Part shown: in pieces, positions 58,275-64,000 of the stretch
Position numbering within the stretch: the first letter of the stretch is position 1
How the letters are laid out: every line of letters begins with the position of its first letter
DNA from: an uncultured Spirochaetota bacterium
GTDB taxonomy: Bacteria; Spirochaetota; Spirochaetia; SZUA-6; CAVTHK01
Assembly (NCBI GenBank): GCA_963734495.1
Contig: CAVTHK010000011.1
Location: 32,001 to 96,000, forward strand
DNA length: 64,000 nt
Direction of reading: 5' to 3'
Translations under genes and position numbers: made by a program
Notes under the pieces: model-generated
Seen by the model: the letters and a program-made list of their open reading frames with translations, nothing else
Database searches by the model: none
Told to the model about the DNA's origin: nothing

Positions 58275-59594
58275 TCACGAGCGGCGGAAGATCCTGGCGA
58301 GCAGGCCGCGGGGCGGCGCGATGCCGAAGAATCCGGAGATCTGGTTGGCGAGCTCCCGGCGCAGGATCTGGAAGGAGAAGTGCTTGCGCGCGAGCTCGAA
58401 GTTCTTGTCCGTCATCTCCTTCCTGCGCCGGGGATCGGTGAGGACCCTACTGACCTCCTTGACCGCGGCGTCCGTGACGTAGCCGTCGATCGCGATCACG
58501 TCGAAGCCCTTGGGCTCGATGTCCACGATGAAGACAGAGTAGCGGTTGACCAGGATCGGTTTGCGGAAATACACTGCTTCGAGAAACGCGTTGCCGAACC
58601 CTTCGTAAATGCTCGGGTAGGTGATCAGGTCCGCGTGCGGGTAGACGTCCCACAGCGAGTACCCGCCTGCTTCTCCCCGCGCCTCCTCGTTGAGCCTGTT
58701 GTGGATAAAGTGCAGCGGCACTCCCTGACGCAGGCCCCAGTTCCTCACCCAGTCGGCGTACTCCGGGCCTTCGTCGTCCATGGTGTGCGAGACGACGAGC
58801 TTCGCGTTGGGCATGTTGAGCAGCTCCACCAGGTAGATGGCCTGCTCGATGCCCTTGCGGAACACGACCCTCGTCGGCTGGAGGATGATGACGTCGTCCT
58901 CCTTGAAACCCATGTCCGAGCGGAAACGACGGCCGTCGCGCGGGCGGGGGGCCTTCTTCTCGAAGTCCATGACGTTGTAGATGAGGCGCGCGGCGATATT
59001 CCTGCGGGCCGCAAGCTCCGTCTGCGCCACGGAGTTGATCACGACGTGGCTGATCGTGGGGAGGTCGGGAGGAAACGCGGCGGCGAGGATGTCCTGGCAG
59101 GCGCTGCTCAGGAAGCGAGTCCGCTCCCAGAAGAAGTCGTGGTGGTGGGCGATGGTCGGGATTCCGGTCTCGGCGATGAGCTCCGTGAGCGCGACGCCCA
59201 GGGGGACGTGCATGGGGATCGCGAGGGCGTTCTCCACGACGAGCAGGTCGATGCCGAACTTCTCGACGAACTCGTACAGCCGGTCCTTGAGCTGCTCCTT
59301 GAGCCCGTGCAAGGCGTCGGTGGTCTTGCGCGTCCTCCGCTGGCCCGAGAACAGCGTCTTCGTGAGCTCGAGCACGGCGGGATGGCCGAAAAAGGCCTCG
59401 GGCACGAGGAGGCTCGCCGCGGGGTCGCGGTCCAGCTCCCCGGCGAACCAGAAGCACTTGTGGCCGAGCTCCCTGAAGACCGAGGCCCACTTGGACGCCT
59501 CGAGCGAGACCCCGTCGAGGCCGCGGAAGCGGGTCGAGACGAAGCCGACACGGAGCGACGCGTCGCGGCGGCCGCCCGAAGCGCCCGGCTTCAC
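58275..59594 (-). CDS. Glycosyltransferase family 4 (mannosylglucosylglycerate synthase-like)
   Basis: STRFRGLDGVSLE..KW, HHHDFFWER, LQPTRVV.RKGIE, TYPSIYEGFGNAFLEA; GTGA overlap with the upstream gene. Confidence 0.85.
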   Translation of the reverse strand: MKPGASGGRRDASLRVGFVSTRFRGLDGVSLEASKWASVFRELGHKCFWFAGELDRDPAASLLVPEAFFGHPAVLELTKTLFSGQRRTRKTTDALHGLKEQLKDRLYEFVEKFGIDLLVVENALAIPMHVPLGVALTELIAETGIPTIAHHHDFFWERTRFLSSACQDILAAAFPPDLPTISHVVINSVAQTELAARRNIAARLIYNVMDFEKKAPRPRDGRRFRSDMGFKEDDVIILQPTRVVFRKGIEQAIYLVELLNMPNAKLVVSHTMDDEGPEYADWVRNWGLRQGVPLHFIHNRLNEEARGEAGGYSLWDVYPHADLITYPSIYEGFGNAFLEAVYFRKPILVNRYSVFIVDIEPKGFDVIAIDGYVTDAAVKEVSRVLTDPRRRKEMTDKNFELARKHFSFQILRRELANQISGFFGIAPPRGLLARIFRRS

Positions 59595-61258
59595 GGAGCG
59601 TCCCCCAGCCACGCCGTCTGGCGCGGGGCCAGGCGGCGCGGCGCGGACCCGCCGCGGATCAGCTCGATCGCGCCGCGCGCACCCGGCAGGCGCTTCAGGT
59701 CGACCGAAACGCCGCGGTCCGAAACGTTCTGCAGGCAGAGCACCTGCCGGCCGTCCGGCGCCGTGCGCTCCACTGCGAACAAGGCGTCGCCCGCGTCGAG
59801 CACGCGGTGGGCCGTGCCGGGGGCGAACGCCGGGTGCGCGGCTCGCACTTCCAGCAGCCGTTTCACCCGCGCGAACACCCGCGCGCGCCGCGAGCGCGGA
59901 TCGGCGAGCTCCGCTTCGAGCGCCGCGAGCTCGAGCCGCTGCCTGTTGATCGCGCGGTTGCTGCCGCTGCGCTCGGCGCCCTCGCGCCAGCCCGTCGAGC
60001 CGAACATGCTGTGGAACCAGATGCCCGGCACGCCGGGAAGCGCCAGCGCGATCGCGTGCGCGCCGACCAGCCGGTCGACCCAGGCTTCGACGGGCTCGCG
60101 CGGATCGGTCAGCGCGTCGCCGTAGTTGATGTTCAGCTCATAGGGGCTCGCGCTGCCGTCGCTGCCGGTCCGGTAGGAGACCAGGCCTCCGTGCGCCAGG
60201 GCGCGGTCCACGAGAGCAGCCGCCTCGGCGTCGGTGAGGAGGCCGCGCGCGGCGTTCAACCCGATCCCGTCGTGCGACGCGAGGAAGTTGAAAAACGTCG
60301 TCCGCGGCGACGGGGAGGCGAGCGCCGCGGCCCACCGCGAAAGGGCCGCAGCGCTTCCGGCATGAAACGAGTGCAGCACCAGCGGCGGCAGCGCGAAGTT
60401 GTAGACCATCTGCGCCTCGTTCGCGCCGTCGCCGAAGTAGGAGACGTTTTCCTCGTGCGCCACGTTGGTCTCGGTCACCAGAGCGACGTGGGGCGCGGCG
60501 CGGTCGAGCACCGAGCGGTAGAGCTGGATGACGCGGTGCGTCTCCGGCAGGTGCACGCACGAGGTGCCCATCCGCTTCCAGAGGTAGGCGATCGCATCGA
60601 GCCGGATGATCCCGGCGCCGCGCGAAGCGTAGGAGAGCAGCGTATCGATCGTCTCCAGCAGCACCTCGGGGCGGGCGAAGTTCAGGTCGACCTGGTCGTC
60701 GGAGAACGTGGTCCACACGAGCCTCTCGCCGGCGGGCGTCGCGAACCTCGTGAGCAGCGGCAGCGTGCGCGGCCGCGTCACCATCGACAGGTCGGTCCCT
60801 TCCGCAACGGTGATGAACCAGTCGCGGTACCTCGGGTCGTCGTCGAGGAAACCCCTGAACCAGGCGCTGCGTACCGACACGTGGTTGAACACCGCGTCGA
60901 GCATGAGGCGGAATGTCCGTCCGAGGCGCGCCACGTCGTCCCAGCTCCCGAGCGCCGGGTCGACCGCGCGGTAGTCGATCACCGAGAAGCCGTCGTCCGA
61001 CGACGAGGGGTAGAAGGGGAGGATATGGACAAAGGTGAAGGTCCCCGCCAGGCGGCGCTCGCAGAAGCGGCCGAGAGCGGCCAGCGGCGGTGAGCCCGCC
61101 TCGCGCACCATGTCCGCGTACGTGATGAGCACGGCGTCGCGTTCGGTAAAGCCGCCCGCGGGCTGCTCAGGCATCCGGCCGCGCCACGCCTCGATCAGCC
61201 GCTCGATGCGCGCGTCGGTCTCGCGGCCCGACTGCTCGCCGTAGAGAAGCTCGGTCAT
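59591..61258 (-). CDS. GH13_18 sugar phosphorylase (glucosylglycerate phosphorylase/YcjM-like)
   Basis: LITYAD, HILPFYPSSSDDGF, WTTFSDDQVDLN, RLDAIAYLWK, TETNV, FLASHDGIG, PYELN. Confidence 0.9.
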   Translation of the reverse strand: MTELLYGEQSGRETDARIERLIEAWRGRMPEQPAGGFTERDAVLITYADMVREAGSPPLAALGRFCERRLAGTFTFVHILPFYPSSSDDGFSVIDYRAVDPALGSWDDVARLGRTFRLMLDAVFNHVSVRSAWFRGFLDDDPRYRDWFITVAEGTDLSMVTRPRTLPLLTRFATPAGERLVWTTFSDDQVDLNFARPEVLLETIDTLLSYASRGAGIIRLDAIAYLWKRMGTSCVHLPETHRVIQLYRSVLDRAAPHVALVTETNVAHEENVSYFGDGANEAQMVYNFALPPLVLHSFHAGSAAALSRWAAALASPSPRTTFFNFLASHDGIGLNAARGLLTDAEAAALVDRALAHGGLVSYRTGSDGSASPYELNINYGDALTDPREPVEAWVDRLVGAHAIALALPGVPGIWFHSMFGSTGWREGAERSGSNRAINRQRLELAALEAELADPRSRRARVFARVKRLLEVRAAHPAFAPGTAHRVLDAGDALFAVERTAPDGRQVLCLQNVSDRGVSVDLKRLPGARGAIELIRGGSAPRRLAPRQTAWLGDAP

Positions 61259-62112
61259 CCCTTGACCCCTCCGGCGACGAGGCCCTTCTCCAGGTACTTC
61301 TCGAAGCTCAGGAACAACGCGACGATCGGGATCGTCATGATCGTGCTCGCGGCCATCACCACGTCCCAGCGCGTGTTCAGCTGCTCGGAGATCGACAGCA
61401 GCTTGATGGGCAGCGTGAAGTTCTCGCGCCGGTTCAGGAACACGAACGCGTAGAGGAACTCGTTCCACGCGATCATGAAGGTGTAGATCGTCACCGACAC
61501 CATGGCCGGGACCGAGAGCGGGATCGTGATGCGCACGATCACCTGCGGCCGGCTGCAGCCGTCGATGAGCCCGGCCTGCTCGATCTCGTCCGGAATGGTC
61601 TTGAAGTATCCTGACAGCATGTAGAGGGCGACCGGCAGCGTCTGCGCCATGTAGGTGAGCACCAGGACGGCGAGGTTGTCCTGCACCTCGACGGAGAACA
61701 GACCCCCGAGCTTTACCATCATCGCGAACAGCGGGATGATCAGCAGCACCCCGGGGAACAGGTACACGACCAGCACCAGGTTCATAAAGAGGCGCTTGCC
61801 GGGAAAGCGCAGGCGGGCCACGGCGTAGGAGCCCATCGTCGCGACGACGATCGCGATCAAAGCGGTGGTCGGGGCGACGACCGCGGTGTTCGCCAGGTTC
61901 CTCGCGAAGCCCATCTCCCTGAACAGGATCCGGTACGCGTCGAGGTGGATGCGGCTCGGGAAGAAGACCGGCGTGCGGCCAAAGAGCTCCATCAGGTTCT
62001 TGGTCGACGAGGTGACCATCCAGTAGAAGGGGAACACGATCACGGCGAGCGCCGCGGCGAGCGCCGCCCAGAACAGAGCACGGTTCCGGCGCGCCCTCGC
62101 CGCGGTCACCAT
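61255..62112 (-). CDS. Carbohydrate ABC transporter permease (YcjP-like)
   Basis: FPFYWMV, IPDEIEQAGLIDGCS, AWNEFLYA, GLVAGGVKG. Confidence 0.92.
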   Translation of the reverse strand: MVTAARARRNRALFWAALAAALAVIVFPFYWMVTSSTKNLMELFGRTPVFFPSRIHLDAYRILFREMGFARNLANTAVVAPTTALIAIVVATMGSYAVARLRFPGKRLFMNLVLVVYLFPGVLLIIPLFAMMVKLGGLFSVEVQDNLAVLVLTYMAQTLPVALYMLSGYFKTIPDEIEQAGLIDGCSRPQVIVRITIPLSVPAMVSVTIYTFMIAWNEFLYAFVFLNRRENFTLPIKLLSISEQLNTRWDVVMAASTIMTIPIVALFLSFEKYLEKGLVAGGVKG

Positions 62113-63071
62113 TGCAGCACCTTCCGGATGTACACGGGCATGAAGCCCGCGAGGATCAGCACGAGGAACATCGCGGTGGCCGCGCCCTCGCCGAAGTCGA
62201 AGAGCTTGAAGCTGAACTCGTAGGTGAGGATGGGCAGCACGCGCGTGCCGAAGCCTCCGCCGGTGAGCAGGAAGACGTCGTCGAACTTGTTGAATGTCCA
62301 CATCAGGCGGATGAGAAAGACAGTCCCGAGCACGGTCCGCACCTCGGGCAGCGTGATGTGCCAGAAGCAGGTCCACCGCCCCGCTCCGTCCACACCGGCG
62401 GCCTCGTAGAGCGTCGCGTCGATGGCCTGGAGGCGCGCGAGGATCATGAGCATCGCGAAGGGGAAGTAGCGCCAGCCTTCGATGAGCACGACGATGGGAA
62501 GAGCGAGCCCCTGCCTCCCGAGCCAGGGGACCGGCTCTTCGATGAGCCCGAGGGAGAGGAGCGCCCAGTTGACCACGCCGCGCACCGTCGGGTCGAGGAG
62601 CCACCTCCAGACGTAGGCGACCGAGATCAGCGGCGCGATGTAAGGGACGAGGAACACGGCGCGCGTGAGGCCGCGTCCGCGGAAACTGCGGTTCAGAAGC
62701 AGGCTCGCGCCCAGTCCGGCCATCACCGTCACGATCGTGCCCGAGACCGCGTACACGATCGAGGTCCGCAGGGCGTCGGGGAACGCGAAGTCCCGTGCGG
62801 CCCGCAGGTAGTTGTCGATGCCGACGAAACGGGCACGGAACACGTCGTTGAGGTTGTCGAGCCCGACCCTGTGGAGGCTGATCCACACGTTGAAGACGAC
62901 GGGAAAGATGACCAGGCCCACGACGATGGCGAACGTGGGCACGATCATCGCGTAGGCGAGGCGCGCCTCGCGCCGTTCCAGCAGCGTGCGTCTGTAGCGC
63001 ATGGCGATCCCTCGAGGCATGCGCGCGCCCCCGCCGCGGTCCTCGCGGGCGGGGGCGGCGGCCGCCTTCAC
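62106..63071 (-). CDS. Carbohydrate ABC transporter permease (YcjO-like)
   Basis: FVGIDNY, WRYFPF, LYEAAGVDGA, FNKFDDVFLLT; start could be 63020 or 63002. Confidence 0.9.
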   Translation of the reverse strand: MKAAAAPAREDRGGGARMPRGIAMRYRRTLLERREARLAYAMIVPTFAIVVGLVIFPVVFNVWISLHRVGLDNLNDVFRARFVGIDNYLRAARDFAFPDALRTSIVYAVSGTIVTVMAGLGASLLLNRSFRGRGLTRAVFLVPYIAPLISVAYVWRWLLDPTVRGVVNWALLSLGLIEEPVPWLGRQGLALPIVVLIEGWRYFPFAMLMILARLQAIDATLYEAAGVDGAGRWTCFWHITLPEVRTVLGTVFLIRLMWTFNKFDDVFLLTGGGFGTRVLPILTYEFSFKLFDFGEGAATAMFLVLILAGFMPVYIRKVLQW

Positions 63072-63073
63072 CT

Positions 63074-64000
63074 TTACTTCTTATCCGCCATCCGGGTCTT
63101 GTACAGCTCCTCGACGCGCTGCTGCAGCCAATCGGCTGCCTGCTGCGGGGTCATCTTGCCTTCGACGACGCTGCTGACGGCCTGCGGCACCAGCAGGCGG
63201 CCTTCGATGTCGCCGACGACCGCGCGCTCCACCGGGCCCATCTGCGGGGCGTAGGCCCAGCGCTGCATGCTGTTGTAGCCGTTCACGACCGTGTCGATGA
63301 CCGACTTCGGGTAGCGCTTGAAGATGTCGTGCTGCGACCAGGCGTCGACCGCGGTGGTGCGCACGGGGATCTTGCCGTTGGGCGCGAGGAACAGGATGTC
63401 GATGTAGTCCTGGCCCGTGAGCATGAACTTGAGCAGCCGCACGGAAGCGTCGGTGTCGGTCCCCTTGAAGATCGCCATGGGCACGAGCTGCCCGAAGGTG
63501 GCGCTGCCGCCGCGCCTGCCTTTCATGCTGGGCGCGAAGCCGGTGAGCTCGCCGAGGTTCCGGACCGTGGGCTCGACCCCCTTCTGCAGCCCGACGAGGT
63601 CGTCCATGACGTAGGTCGAGTACCAGAGCATGGCGGCCTGGCCGGTGATGTAGAACTGCCGCGCCTGCATCCAGTAGTTGGGCCCGGGCGCCGCGTACTT
63701 CTGCAGGCCCGTGTAGAAGGCCAGCGCCTCCACCATCTCGGGCGAGCTCATGGCCACCCTGCGGTCCTTGTCGAAGGGGAAGGCGCCGTTCGACATCGCC
63801 ACCTGCTCGAAGATCTGGTGCCCGTAGTTCTGGCCGGGGTCCGTCCCGAGGGTGAGGGCATAGAGGAAGCCGTCCCTGCCCTTGAGCGCCTCGGCGGCCT
63901 TCTGGATGTCGTCCCAGCTGATGGGCGCGGCCAGGCCCGCCTTCTGGAACGCGTCCGTGCGGTACCACAGGGCCTGGATCCAGCCGTCGAACGGGACGGC
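63074..64000 (-). CDS. Carbohydrate ABC transporter solute-binding protein (YcjN-like), 5' end outside window
   Basis: Open frame to the window edge: AVPFDGWIQALWYRTD, GQAAMLWYSTY, GKMTPQQAA. Confidence 0.88.
   Translation of the reverse strand, partial: AVPFDGWIQALWYRTDAFQKAGLAAPISWDDIQKAAEALKGRDGFLYALTLGTDPGQNYGHQIFEQVAMSNGAFPFDKDRRVAMSSPEMVEALAFYTGLQKYAAPGPNYWMQARQFYITGQAAMLWYSTYVMDDLVGLQKGVEPTVRNLGELTGFAPSMKGRRGGSATFGQLVPMAIFKGTDTDASVRLLKFMLTGQDYIDILFLAPNGKIPVRTTAVDAWSQHDIFKRYPKSVIDTVVNGYNSMQRWAYAPQMGPVERAVVGDIEGRLLVPQAVSSVVEGKMTPQQAADWLQQRVEELYKTRMADKK

Overview
Very GC-rich bacterial window, almost fully coding. It is tentatively Spirochaetota-like, judged from the leader peptides of the solute-binding proteins. 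I saw no rRNA, tRNA, CRISPR array, transposase or phage gene. In order: (1) a tandem pair of cNMP-binding/GGDEF genes with complementary active-site losses, plus an ankyrin protein; (2) a sugar/sugar-acid catabolic region (enolase-family dehydratase, amidohydrolase, 2-hydroxyacid dehydrogenase, MBL hydrolase, two isomerases), then an ApnO-like/SIS/RraA group divergent from a DUF4038 apiosidase-like gene and an unclassified glycoside hydrolase-like gene; (3) a six-gene Ehr (hydrogenase-related, NiFe-less) membrane complex with duplicated stop/RBS/start junctions; (4) a catabolic block with two ABC transporters, an M28 peptidase, an inverted pair of MLE-subgroup enolase paralogs, a double-HTH GntR, a sulfatase, and OCD-family, P5C-dehydrogenase-like and FAD oxidase genes; (5) an arsenic-resistance operon; (6) actP/DUF485 divergent from a 1207-aa PHP-Cache-PAS-PAS-CBS-DUF294 nucleotidyltransferase receptor; (7) a GT4 + glucosylglycerate phosphorylase-like + ABC operon running off the window end. 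Seven single-base insertions and one nonsense codon break six otherwise intact genes and are probably read errors. The best candidates for undescribed biology are the split GGDEF heterodimer (78-1999) and the PHP/NTase transmembrane receptor (54630-58253). All family calls come from motif recognition by eye; no searches were run.
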